From the NCBI GenBank assembly GCA_001643675.2, contig LSRY02000001.1, positions 806,001-870,000 of the forward strand: a stretch of 64,000 nucleotides of DNA. Direction: 5' to 3'. The notes below the pieces were generated by a model that was not told the DNA's origin, did no database searches, and worked only from the letters and a program-made list of their open reading frames with translations. The translations under genes and the position numbers were made by a program. The stretch is from Monocercomonoides exilis PA203. Its lineage: Eukaryota; Protista; Preaxostyla. The first letter of the stretch is position 1. Every line of letters begins with the position of its first letter. Below are positions 38,488 to 51,470 of this stretch, piece by piece.

Positions 38488-41012
38488 TAAACAGAACAAT
38501 CTCGAATTAATGAGTATCTTTTATTAAATAAATATTCTGTAATTTTTGATAAAAAAGCAGTGTTTGCAGTTTTCATTTGACGTGAAAAAGTTTATCTTTA
38601 ACCGGATAATTTTTCTTTTTTTGCAACCATTTCAATATCAATCAGAACCCTTTGTAAAGTCAAGCTAACTGCTGATGCGAAAACATGTTTCCTTTTTTTT
38701 TCAAAAAATAAATAGTTCGTCATGCATTAGATTGGAAGTGAAAACCAAATACAAATAACACTCGGAATATATTCTTCGAAGAATCGTTCGTTACAAGTTG
38801 ACATTTGATGATTGAACGATGACGATGATTTGTCTCCTTTCAAATTGTTATGAAATAAGAAAGAATTTTGAGAAGAAGCTGCAGAATCGAAATCATGAGT
38901 GAAAAATGAAATCAAATTTTGAATTGTTTCAATATTTAAATTCGAAGTGTTGTTAATCTCATTTGTAAATGTACCAAATTCACCATCGCAGACAATTTTA
39001 CCATAAAGTTCTGCAAAGAAGTTGATTTCAGTTCGAATTTTGCTGAATAGACGAGAATGAAGGGATAAAATGAAATGAAGAAGAAACCTATTACGATTGT
39101 GAGGGCCAGCATCACAGAAAAATTATTTAGTTTTGGTATTTTTAAAAAAGTCCCTTCTGAAAACAGACTCCAGACATTCGATGACAAATCTGAAGTCGTT
39201 AGAAAGACAAGTGGAAAAAAAATTAAATGTTTTTTTGGATGAAATGTTGTTGACAAGTTGGAAGGTGATCACTGAGAATTGAGAAATTTGCTGATGATAA
39301 AAAAATTCCTGTTGAAGTTTATTTTAACGAATTGGAATTCTCCATTTTTCCTTAAAATCGAATACGCAAACGATTTCTCCTTCTTTAATATTTCGAACAC
39401 TTTCATTGAAATATTGCCTTTGCCATTGTGCGAATAATTGATGCTTTTTCAAGGCTTCATTTGTGTATATTTCACTTTTCGATGGTATTCTTTGGTGAGA
39501 AGATGACATCAGCCTTTTTTCCATTTTCTCCAATTGCTGACAATATCCACATATATCAGTCCTTCTTTTTGCTTTGATGAAGTTTTTTGAAAGTTTGTAA
39601 AAAAAATTAGATAAAGACAGTTTAATGTTTGTTTCTTCAACAAAGTGTTTCCATAGCTCTTTCTTCGTTTGAAAAATCAAACGTTTTTCAAAAGGAGAAA
39701 AAATTAGAGGGATATGCGTTGACTTGGAAAACAAATACTGTTGAAGAAAAGTTGAAGATGAATTCCCAGAAGTTGAAAACAAAAAGTTTCTATTGGTTGA
39801 TGGTAATTGAGCTCCTTTTGAAACAGATGAGATATTAAAGAGTTTTGATGAAGAATTTGGAGTAGAATTAAGTGAGGAAGAGAATGCAAGTGTTGAAGAT
39901 TTCTTATTATTAAATGAAGATGACAAAGAGTTGATTGCCTCATTACAGTCTTGATGTGTTTAGTGAATTGATTTGTTAGGTTCTGGTTTTGAAGAATTAT
40001 TGTTTTCATTTGAAAATAGTGCAAGTGAAGAACATAACTGTTTCCTCGAACAAAACGAATGAGTTGTGTGATGTGAATTTATGTTGTCGGAAATATTTGA
40101 GTGAAAAAGGATATTCGATGAGCTTTCAATTGATTGTAACGAATGGTGAAATGGATCGATCACAGCATTTTGAGCTTTTGGTGAAAGAAATAAGTGAGGT
40201 GATTTTGAGGAAGTATTTCCTTTTGTTGAAGTGTTATTCTGCATTTTAGTATTGTTTGACATGTGTGGACTGATTGAGTGAATAGTAGAAGGTGAAATGA
40301 TTTCTATATAAAACAGGTCAACAACACTTTTATTATCATCTTCAATTTCATTTGGTGTTTTTGAATCCCTCCATGTTTTGTCTTTCAAAATTGATTTGTC
40401 TTCCAATGAATTTTCAACTGAATAAATCGAGGTGAAAATCTGATTGCTGTTGGAATTAAGCTTTTCAGAAAGTGAAGTTAGCAAAGTTGAAGTTAAATTT
40501 GCAGGAAGTGAAGATGATGCATGCGAGGATAATTAAGATTTACCTGGATTTGATAAAAAAGAAACAGATGAATTGAAAGGATTTGGATTATGTTCAAAGA
40601 ATAATGTTGTCGATTTCCCGTTTTTATCAGTTGTTGAGAGATGGAGATTTCTTATTGGTTGAAATGAAGATTTAAATGAAGAAGATGATGAACATGAAAT
40701 GTTTGAAGAGTTGCAATTTTTTGGTTTATTATTTGGATAATTGGAAGAAAAAGTTTGTTGAGTTTCGAACGGTTGAGATGAAGAATCAATTGATTTTGTT
40801 AACTGATTTAGAGATGTATCATCAATTCCTCCTTTGGATAAATTTTTAATGAAAGTGGAAGATTCGTCAATCAAATAAAAAGAAAATGATGGTCTATATT
40901 TTTCTTTGAATAATAATTTCCAATTGGAATCATATTCTTTCTTTCTCAAAGTTCGAGTGCAAGCATCATTACATATGGTCCAATATTCTTTTGATCCATC
41001 CTCTGAAAGAAC
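38488..41012 (-). pseudogene. USP-transposase gene (Sola-like copy B), 5'-truncated by the TIR element
   Basis: Minus strand: EYWTICNDAC..RPSFSFY (USP C-terminus), Ser/Asn linker, KAKRRTDICGYC, FDFKEKWRIP, FCDAGPHNRN, FFAELYGKIVCDGEFG and NYLFFEKKG, collinear with copy A. Confidence 0.8.
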
Positions 41013-44000
41013 GGCATAGGTTCAAACGCGTTCCTTTTGCAATTTGCGTTTTTTAACCCTCAAATAATAATGAATTAATAGATAATAATTATTTATAAAC
41101 TTTTTATGGACCGATTTTTTGAAAAAAACTTTTCTTTTTGAAAAAAATGATTCTTGAAAAATGACCCATAAAAACATGAATTTCATAAAAAATTATTCAA
41201 ATTTTAAAGAAAACGTGATTTTTGGACATCCAATGTGCTTTTATTATAATATAAATTTATTTTATAAATTTATTTACATCAAAAAAATTTAAATCATAAA
41301 CAAAAAATTTAATTAATCATCTTTGATCTAACCCACAATAAAGTTTTTAATATCTGGAAAAGTTGAATATGCTGTTTTCGTTTAATTAGAATTCAATAGT
41401 TTGCAATCCTTTCATTTTCATATGTTAATTTAAGTATATTATTATATGCGCACTTGTTTTATATTGAAAACAGTATTTATTCAAAGTTAAGTTAACTTGT
41501 TGATATACACTTTACTATTCAGGAACAACAAAAGACACATTTCATAAACGATGGAAATGACTTGAAGCCGGTTTGTCGAAACTCTGAATGAATAAAAAAA
41601 TGCATTATTAAATTGAAACTTTGAAAAACTTACATATTCTTTCATTTTTCTGACTTTTATTTTTGAATAAGACCAAACAAATCCAACTCAACCGGAAAAA
41701 TTTTGGTTTTATTAATCTTAAAGGTCTCTCATATTATTTAGAGTTGAGTATTATTAAGAATTTGTTTATTATGAGTTAACTTTTTTATTCTTTTCTTTTT
41801 ATATAAATCAGAAAATGTCTCAGATTAAAATAAAAATGTTTTTAATTTAAGCAATGAAAATTGAGTTTAGGGTTTTTTATATTTTGAATTTTGAAACAGT
41901 TTAGAAATAATTCTTAAAATGTCTACTACAAATATATTTAAATCATTTCATTCCCAAAATCGTAAATAAAACATAAAACAAAAATGAATAAGATATTTAT
42001 ATACATGCAGCTCTATCAAAACAATTTTAATCGATAACAACATAGAATTTACAACAAAATAATTAGTTTATTGCAGTTTCAGCAAAGTGAAAAAGTCTCA
42101 AAAAATAATGTTAAACGTTAATTACTTTCATCTATATATTATCTCCACTCGTTGTTATTCCACCTTCTGGTGAATTCGAGATTGTTGTGCCTTTCATCAA
42201 AACAAAACTCTTCACAACATCCACAAGAGATCCATCCAATTTGCACATCTCCTCTTCTTCATTCAAATAATATTCATTTCTTTCCTTTGAACTCCCAATA
42301 AAAAAACAAATGTCTATTTTCACATCCAAGCATTCACAAATCTCCTTCATTCTTCCCTTCTCTTTTGTGCTCTGACATTTCACAAAGGAACAGTTCAGCA
42401 CACTCAATCCCCTTTCAGCTCCATCCATCTTCTTCAAGCTTCCATCAATAGCCACTGAAATATTCTCAAACTTCACTTCCTTCATCTTTGCCTTCGATTT
42501 TCCCCCAACTCTCACAGCTTCCCCCTCACACTCGATTTTCTATATTCGTGTCTCAGCAATTGACATCCAAGATTCTCCGCAGAATGACAGAAGTGGCACA
42601 GCTGAATGAATTCCACTGAATGATGTTTCGCTCATCTTCAGCTCCCCACTCTCGACATGAAGAATCATGCTCTTCATCACAAGATCCATTGCTAACGAGC
42701 TGAAAAAGCATTCTGAAATCTCCAATCTCCCATCCTTCTCTTTCAAAACACTCTCCTCAACCCCTTCAAATGCCTCTCCAAACACAAACAAACACCTCTC
42801 CGCCACACTCTCATTCACAAACACCATCATGCTCCTCTCCTCTCCTCTTTCCTCCATCTTCCCCTCAAAATGCACTGTCGCCTTCTCCCTCCGAATCGAC
42901 ACCATCCTCACATCCCCAATCACACATCCCTCTCCCATCATCCCTTCCCCATCAATAAAAATCATATTCACAACACTTCGCTGGATGTGTTGCACAGCAT
43001 TTCAATGCTCTCACACGGATTGCTCTGTGCTCCACACTGCCTGTTGTCACTCCCACTTACACACACAAACACCTGTGAAGAATAATAGAATGCGATCAGC
43101 GGCATCAGGTGAACATCAACTTTCCCTTCTCTATCGCTCCCACACATCAAATCCTTCCACTTAAGCATCCCCTGGTTGAAGTCCAGTATAAACAGCGTTT
43201 TATTGATCTGCTTCCCAATCGAGTGGCTCTTGATGAACACATCCTTCCCCACAAACGCATCATTCATCATGAATCGGATGTTCGCAATCTTGAAATTCAG
43301 AGGCGGAATTTGACTTTCATCAGCATAATTGGTATTGGGATCTGCTCCATCAATAAACAGTCCTCCTCCACACCCTGTCTCACTCGAGCACTTGCACATC
43401 GAAAACGAGCTCCCATTCACTTTCAACGCTGACTCCCCACTCTTCAGCACCACTCTCATTTCCCCTCCTTCATCACTCAAACCGCTCTTGCAACTTGACA
43501 TCGAACACTCATCCATCACACACTCCACCCCATCCTCAAATGATCCCACATCAATAACACTCGCTTCAATCCCTTCTTTTGTGATGTTCCCAAATGAACA
43601 CCCAATAACCCTCAGAACTGGTTTGTTCCCATTTGAAAAAATCTTCTTTTCTCCATTCATTTGATTTTCCTCTTTTGTCATAGAAATCAGGCTTCTCTCT
43701 GAAACATCTGCAAATGAGATGTTCACATTCTGAACAGTCACCTCACCTGCACTTGGGCTGAATGCAATGAACCCTTTCAACTCTGAAATCAAACTCAACG
43801 AACTCTTCTCAATCACAACACTCCCTCCATTCACCCTCATCAAACAATATCCAAAACTTTCTGCCACCCCCCTCCCTGGCCCAAATGAACAGTCAGAGAC
43901 AGACAAAACTGTGTTTGTTCCAGAGGATTCAATCAACACTTCATGATGAGAAGTGATGGCAGGCTTTGTGAATGAAATATTTACAAGTGACAAGCTCACA

Positions 44001-46408
44001 CTTGATGATATTATCGAATCATTCGGATCATTCTCATCATCATCACTAATCGTCACTCCTGTCCCCTTCTTTGTACCTTCAATCACAATTTTTGGCATTT
44101 CTGAATCTTGTGAAACTTTTGGTAATAAAGAAGAAAATTATATGGAATGGCTCAACAACCCTGATCCTATAATACTGATATGTGTATCTCCTTCTCCAAG
44201 TGTCGAATATCTCAGCGATATCAAGTGGTCAATCGATGAGCATGGTGCTTCAGAAAACCCACACCCACTGAAGTCTCCTCCTTTCTCTCTCGAAACAAAC
44301 CCATCCCCACTCCAATTATCCCACAAATACACAACCAGTGGAATCACATATCCTTCCTCTCCTGTTGTCTTCCTCTCCCATCCACACAACTCATCCAATA
44401 AATCCAACTCCTCATCATTCATTTCCCATTTCAGGTGCTCCTTGTTCGCAATCTTGCTCAGATCCCATCACGAAACAAACACATTCTTCCCTTTCCAGGC
44501 ATTGCACCCAACAAATGTCATGCTCTCCAATGAAAATGCTCCCACTTGATTGGGAAGTTCAACAAACATCCCTCCTCCCAATCCTCTCCCCACCTCATCA
44601 CTCTCGCCTGATGGTACTTCACATCCTTCAAACTTCACTTCCTTCATCTTCAAGCTCCCTCCACTTCCAACAGACATCATCATCCCTCCTCCTTTCATTC
44701 CATTTCCGCCTGAGCATCTTGATGAAAAATTGCTTTCTTCAATTTTCACATTCCTATTAACGCTTGTCCCAACATTCAAACATCCTCCTCCTCCATTCCC
44801 ACCTTCCACCTCCACTCCACTCATTCTGCTCTTCAATATCTCCAATTTCACTCCATTTCTCAACGATATTGGAGATTTCCCATTCATTATCACTGACCCT
44901 TCCATCACTAATTTATCAGCAATCAGATTTCCTCCTGTCATCATAATCATGCTGTGTTCTATCATTCCATCGATCAATTCCCCACTCTCAAATGAGACTG
45001 AACAGTTCGTCAGACTGAGTGTTGATGTTGAGTGAATGAATGCACTTCTCCTTGCTTTCAACTGACCTTTCACAACATACAAAAGTCTCCTCATTGTCAG
45101 TGAACTCGAACATCCAACAAGCCAGTCTTGTGAAAATGATCCTTCATCATTCACTTCCACACTTCCTCCAATCATATCCACAAACACACAATCAAATCCA
45201 TTGTTCACTCCTGCTTCTGAATGGAATGAACATTCGCGTATCACCAAATCTCCTCCTTTGTTTGAAATAATTGTTTTGGCTGAGTTGTCAAATCCAGTTA
45301 ATGGTTGTAGTTGGATATGCAACAATTCAAGATGAATATAATTCACCATGAAATATTCCAGTTGATTTCCAATTGATTTTTCAAAATTCAAAGTTGCTTT
45401 TGGATCTTCTTCTCCCATCTTTACACCCTTTTTGATCTGATAATTGAACATGTTGAATGAATCTCGAATAACAGTCGATCCATCAATCTAAGTTGCTTTA
45501 TTTCCGTTCTCCTTATCCACGTTTTCCATCTATTTCCACATCGTTTGGAATGGTTCTTCCTCGTTTCCACATATTACAACATCAAATCCTCTAGAAAAGC
45601 TAAATCAATCTCATTTTTCTTTTTTTTTAAAAAAACATTAAAATGACAAACTTTTATTAAGTTCATTGTTTTTATAATACAATATTGAATTGTTTTGTGT
45701 GATTATTGTTTATTTTTGCAGGATTTATTCTTTAATGCATGTTTTGATCGAGTCTAATATAAATATTCATTATCATATCAAAAAACAAGTAAATATTCGT
45801 AGGGAAATAGCAATATAAATTTCATTAATATAAAAAGAATCATTTAGGACCTTTTTCGTTCAATTGCAACCTATTTTGAAACATTTATCTGCATGCCGAT
45901 AAACATTAAAGTGGAAAAGCACGTGTAATCTTATTGAAAAAAAAGAGCTGTTTTCAATATAAAACAAGTGCGCATATAATAATATACTTAAATTAACATA
46001 TGAAAATGAAAGGATTGCAAACTATTGAATTCTAATTAAACGAAAACAGCATATTCAACTTTTCCAGATATTAAAAACTTTATTGTGGGTTAGATCAAAG
46101 ATGATTAATTAAATTTTTTGTTTATGATTTAAATTTTTTTGATGTAAATAAATTTATAAAATAAATTTATATTATAATAAAAGCACATTGGATGTCCAAA
46201 AATCACGTTTTCTTTAAAATTTGAATAATTTTTTATGAAATTCATGTTTTTATGGGTCATTTTTCAAGAATCATTTTTTTCAAAAAGAAAAGTTTTTTTC
46301 AAAAAATCGGTCCATAAAAAGTTTATAAATAATTATTATCTATTAATTCATTATTATTTGAGGGTTAAAAAACGCAAATTGCAAAAGGAACGCGTTTGAA
46401 CCTATGCC
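41013..46408 (-). mobile_element. Pack-type TIR element family 1 copy 2 (5396 bp), inverted relative to copy 1
   Basis: Reverse complement of 11245-16642 apart from two 1-bp homopolymer indels seen. TIRs at 41013-41473 and 45948-46408. Flanks GAAAGAAC / GCGAATAC do not form a TSD. Confidence 0.95.
42132..45591 (-). pseudogene. Cargo surface-protein pseudogene, duplicate of 12062-15522
   Basis: Same ORF translations as copy 1, with an extra frameshift near 43003 (GG to G). Confidence 0.8.
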
Positions 46409-47287
46409 GCGAATACCAGATGCAAATATTAATGGATCAATTTCGATGAAGATTCTAAAGATGAAAATGTCTCATTCAGTGAGTTGCATTCTGTTTTGAA
46501 AGGTTTTTCAAAAACATCATATTTTTGATCATTAAAAAAAATATGTGATCAAACACATTTTTTGTGAAAATTTTGGTAAAAATTGCACTTCAGTTTTTTC
46601 TCAGTGCATGCATAACAAAAACAAAGAACATTTTATACTGAAATTTTCTGAACAACAGATCACAAAATTGTCAAAAAGAATAGTCGTATTTGGCATGCTT
46701 ATTCAATGATTATGCCAGAACTTTCTCGGATAATATAACTGTTTTATTTATCCAACACCATCTGCAGTGCTCCTCCTTCTTTGCTTTTCTCTTTTGTGAC
46801 CTCATCAAACGTGCCTTCTTTCATCACAGTACCCACTTCAATGCTCCTTCCATTCAAAGTCGCCTCTCATTTTTCATCTTTTTCGTCTTTTATCTCCAAT
46901 TACTGTGATTGGCATTTTATCTAATTAACTATACAAATAAAATAGTTTCTCATTTTATCAATTACGAAAAAAAAGTTGAAAAAATCAACTTTTGTTTTGT
47001 TCATTGTTCTTTGAACTCATTATAGAATTATTTTGAATGTTACAGCTTATCTTTGCAAAAACAGTTCATTTCAACGTACAAAGATTAAACCTAATACAAA
47101 AATATATATCATAAAAGAAGATAATTGGGGAACACGATTTATTCAAAATTTATTATAATTAACAAATTCTATATAGTAAAAGAGTCATTTGCATATTTAT
47201 CAAAATTTCAAATCATAGAGGTTTTTTATTAAAAAATTTAAATAAAATATTCAAAAAATTATGGGTTTGATCAAATTATTGCAGAAA

Positions 47288-47934
47288 ATGAAAACTTCAC
47301 AAACATATCAAATTTATCTTCTCTCAGTGATAGTTTCAGTGATAGAAAATTTTCATGGGACTATTATTTACACATTATAAACAGAGGCTTCAAACCGATT
47401 TGCTTCCTTCATCACACTCCAAAACTTTTCAGTAGAAGAGAGCTTTGCTATTATTATTGGAAATGTTGCAAAAGCAGTACAAAAGAATCTGTTTTCAGAA
47501 ATACAACATTTGCAAATAGCAAAATTCCAATTCACAAACTACTAAAGATTCTTTTGTTTTATTGGATCGGATAGAGCACACGTCACTTTTCTCAAATTAC
47601 TGAGATGCACAGACACACAGCTAGTTATTTGGCAAAGTTAATTCGATCTGTTTGCACACAGTTATGGAATGAAAATCAAGAGCCAATTGGAGGTAAAGGA
47701 GTTGATGTGTAAACTGACGAAGCTATTTGGCGAAGGAGAAAATATCGTCGTGGTAGAGCAAAAAAACAGATAAGGTTTTTCGGAGGGATCGAAAGGAAGG
47801 CAGATGGAGCAGAAAAGAATAAATTAATTATAATCGTTCCAAACAGAAAAGCAGAAACATTAATTCCCATAATAAAAGAGAAGATTAAGGCTGGATCAAC
47901 TGTTTTTTATAATCAATGGAAGGCATATGTGTGA
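47288..47934 (+). pseudogene. Merlin / IS1595 (ISXO2-type) transposase remnant
   Basis: SVFRNTTFANSKIP...PIGGKGVDV*TDEAIWRRRKYRRGR...FFGGIER...IVPNRKAETLIPIIKEKIKAGSTVFYNQWKAY matches the ISXO2 signature. Confidence 0.85.
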
Positions 47935-48064
47935 TTATTTTTGAAATCATTGCTTTTTTCGGTGTGTTGTCTTTTCAAAGACAGTTCATCATCAGGAAGA
48001 GATTTTGCAATCAAATGCAACATCACCGCAACTGTTTGAAAAAACAACTGCATGATCTGAAATA

Positions 48065-48458
48065 TACCTCTGTGACATGACAAGAGAAAATTGAAAAAAT
48101 GACAAAATGACTGACAATATATTTATGATTTGTCATAAAGGGTTATTTATAACGATTTCATAATTCTTAATTACTAAAAAAATTAATTTGAAAATCTTCC
48201 AGAAATAATTCTTATAATTTTGAAAAAATCAATTTTTTTATTTATGTGATCAAGTTCCCAATATTTATTTTTATTTGAAACGAAATGTCAGTTGAGGAAT
48301 ATATTTGTCACAATTTGTTATTGACAGTCACTGACGGTCACTGACAAAAGAGAAAAAACTTCAAGATATTACAGATGCTATCAACAAATTTTTTCCATAG
48401 TGCTTTGAAAAGTCTTGTGAAGTTTTTGCAACAGTTTATTTTATATTAATTTTGAAAA

Positions 48459-48497
<39 letters not shown>

Positions 48498-48539
48498 TGA
48501 CAGACGAGGCTTCAAGTTATTTGTCAGGTCACAGAGGTA
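48065..48539. mobile_element. MITE with TA flanks (Tc1/mariner-type ends)
   Basis: TACCTCTGTGACATGACAA and TTGTCAGGTCACAGAGGTA are inverted ends flanked by TA/TA. Internal GTCACTGAC repeats and a poly-T run. Confidence 0.7.
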
Positions 48540-49107
48540 TAATCCGAAATAAAAAGAAAGACGTCTTGAATAATTCTTTTCATTTTTCATTCTTCTTTTG
48601 TTGATATTCACAGGTTATTTTGGTACCGAAATTTTTTTAAGTTTAAATATGAAATCAATAATTTTCATCCATATTAAGATAAGCGTCATTTCTAACAAAA
48701 CAATAAGCATTGCAACAAATTTCTGATCAACGATAAATAAATATGACATTTCTTTAAAGAAACCTAATCTTTTTATGATAAAATTCAAATGTGGTACATG
48801 CCTTTACCTTTCTTTCTTGTTTCTCGTTTTTTTTCGATGAAACTATTTTTCTTTACCACCACATTATTGACAAAAAAAATCATTCTTCAGATTTATCATT
48901 TTAATAATCATAATTGAAATTGCAACCGCAATCATGATATCCTTTGTCTTTCTTTCTTTCTTTCTTTTCATCAACTAAATGAATATTTTTAACTAGCAAA
49001 AAACTATTGTTTTCTTTTTTCAAATGTTATAATTCCATCTTCCTCAGCTTATCTCAAATTTTGACTTTCTGCAAGTTGGATTCACACTAACGTTTTTCAT
49101 CCATCCT

Positions 49108-50460
49108 TTAAAAGACTGCTGATGCAAATGTGTCTGTGCATTCAATCGCATTTTCTGACAAGATAGGAACAGCCTTTACATATTCTCGTTCATGACTTCC
49201 CATCCATTTCCTCTCGCACTGAGAGATATTCCTCACGAAATTTTGGAAAAAACGATTCCACTCAATTTGTGAAAAATGAGAAGTCAATAAACAATTAAGT
49301 TGCTTCTCCAATCATCCATTTGTATTCTCCGCCCACAGAAACATCGCCCATGGCTCTGTCTCTAATTTTTTTTCAACACCACATTCTCCACCAATTTCAA
49401 AATAACTTCAAGAATCACAAGAAGAAGAGAAGAAGTGGATCCATTCTGAACAATCTCTGATACTATCTTTATCACCATCGATGCAACCTTCATTTTTATT
49501 GGCATTGCTTCCTGAGAATTTGTTGGTATATCCTTTGAAAATTATCTGCAAATACAATTATCCTAAAAAATAAATCCAGCATTACTCATCCTTTGCACTA
49601 CTATCGATGGCAACAGATTTCACAGCCTCGACAATCATTCTATCTCCTCTGCTTATGTTCAAACCATTTCTATTGTCATTTTTGCACCAAATCTCATATC
49701 TCTCTCCATCTGCATCGTTTTCATCATCTTCCCTTTCACCTTCGTTTCACCTCCAAGATGACTCCTCATCAACTTTAGCCCATCTTTGTTTGAGATATCG
49801 CACATTCTCATTGTGCACTTGCCGCTCAACAGCACGTCATTGATTTCAATCTTTTGCATTTCAGACGGAGTTCCTTCTTTATTCTGCATCAGCTCCTTTA
49901 GCTTCTCCGAAGTTGTATCCATCATCAAGCAAATTCTGATTATTATCCATTCCTCCGCATTCACCTAATCTTTTATCTTCCACGAATCCACTCCTTTGTT
50001 GAATACTTGAGCTGATGCTGCTTTTTCTCTCCTCTTTCTTCTCCTCTCATTTTTCTAATTCTTCAATCAATTCGCCAACATCATATAAAGATTGATGTAC
50101 GATCTCAAACAATTTCTTCCCTTCTTTCTTGTTTCTTTCTTTAAACTTTAGCTTTTCTATCACTTTCTCCACATGCATCATGCACCTCATCACTATTCTC
50201 TCCAGCAATTCTTTGCCTTCTGTTTTAGCACCACCAGTCTTACCAGAACAAACAATTGATCCGCTGTGTTTTTCCCTGCAAACTCAGCCAGCTCTGGAAA
50301 TACCTCCAGTATTTCCATTTCTGAAGGAAACTGCTAGCAGTTGTCAATCACCGTCTTTTTCCTTTTTGCTCACAGAAGTTATCCGAATCGCTTTCACAAA
50401 AAGTTTCACTCCACTTTCGAAAATTGTGACATATGACTGCTCATGCACAAATTTGCTGTC
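49108..50460 (-). pseudogene. Decayed hypothetical gene
   Basis: Purine-rich coding-like minus strand with several short ORFs (49108-49311, 49659-49964). Confidence 0.35.
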
Positions 50461-50814
50461 TTGATTGCAAAATTAATTAAATATCTTTCTCCTCCTTCTC
50501 TTCACATTCATCATTAATATCCTCTTCTTCTTTATGACCATCATCATCTTTTTTTTTTTTCATTTTTCCATTATGTTCCAATGGAATCCTATTGAGATGA
50601 GGAGGACGAGAAAGGAGTCATGAAATGAAGCGAAGTCATGGAGCACAAAATAACGGTGAATCATAGGATTTGCTGTTGAATTCCTATGAATGGTTAATGC
50701 TGTTTGATCTAGGAACAAAAATTTGTTTTTTTTAAAAAAAAAATTTATAAAATGAAAATGAACTGTATTGTTGTTATTTGTCATTTTGTTAAAATTTTTA
50801 TTTTTTGAAGAAAT

Positions 50815-51053
50815 GGGTGATTCTTTTTGAAGTCACAAATGTTTTATTTTCAAACAAATTAAAAATTTCATATTTTGCTCCAATTTTCTGTTTCAGCTCA
50901 CAAATCTTCTTTCGAATGTTTGTTATTGTATTATCCAGAAATAGATTTGATTGAAGTGAAGTTTGATATTAGTTATCAGAAATTTGAGCAAAATATGAAA
51001 ATTTAATTTTATTTGAAAATTAAACATTTGTGACTTTTCAAAAAGAATCACCC
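50815..51053. mobile_element. 239-bp MITE (AWWT TSD), divergent copy
   Basis: GGGTGATTCTTTTTGAAGTCAC...GTGACTTTTCAAAAAGAATCACCC flanked by AAAT/AAAT. Confidence 0.85.
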
Positions 51054-51470
51054 AAATGTGATATTTATAAAATTACTATTGTTTTTAATTTATTTCAGAT
51101 GTTTTTTTTTCTGAAAAAAATGAATTTACCATTAAAATTGTTCTCACAAATATTTTTCAATGTCTCTTTTCATGTTTTGCACTTCCCAAGTGCATTATAG
51201 TTTAGATTGAAAAGTCATAAAACTTGAAGTTGCTCATGTTTCTGGCATATTTCAATAAATGCCTTATGAAAGAGCTTTGTTCATTCTTCGAGCTTTTATG
51301 CTTGAAGACTCTTTCGGATTGCAGCTCTACAACGATTTTATCAAATCGTGTTTACGTTTGATTATTTTTTATATGCTATTTAATTCTTATTTAAATTGAT
51401 AATTTTAGTTTTTTTTAATACCACAATTTTTATTTGAACGAGTATTTTATTTCAGAAGGTTTATTTACAA

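Noticed and set aside
11245-46408. One 35-kb composite or Polinton-like element with 5.4-kb inverted ends
   Set aside because: Copy 1 has its own TSD, the outer flanks do not match, and no polymerase, integrase or capsid genes are present.
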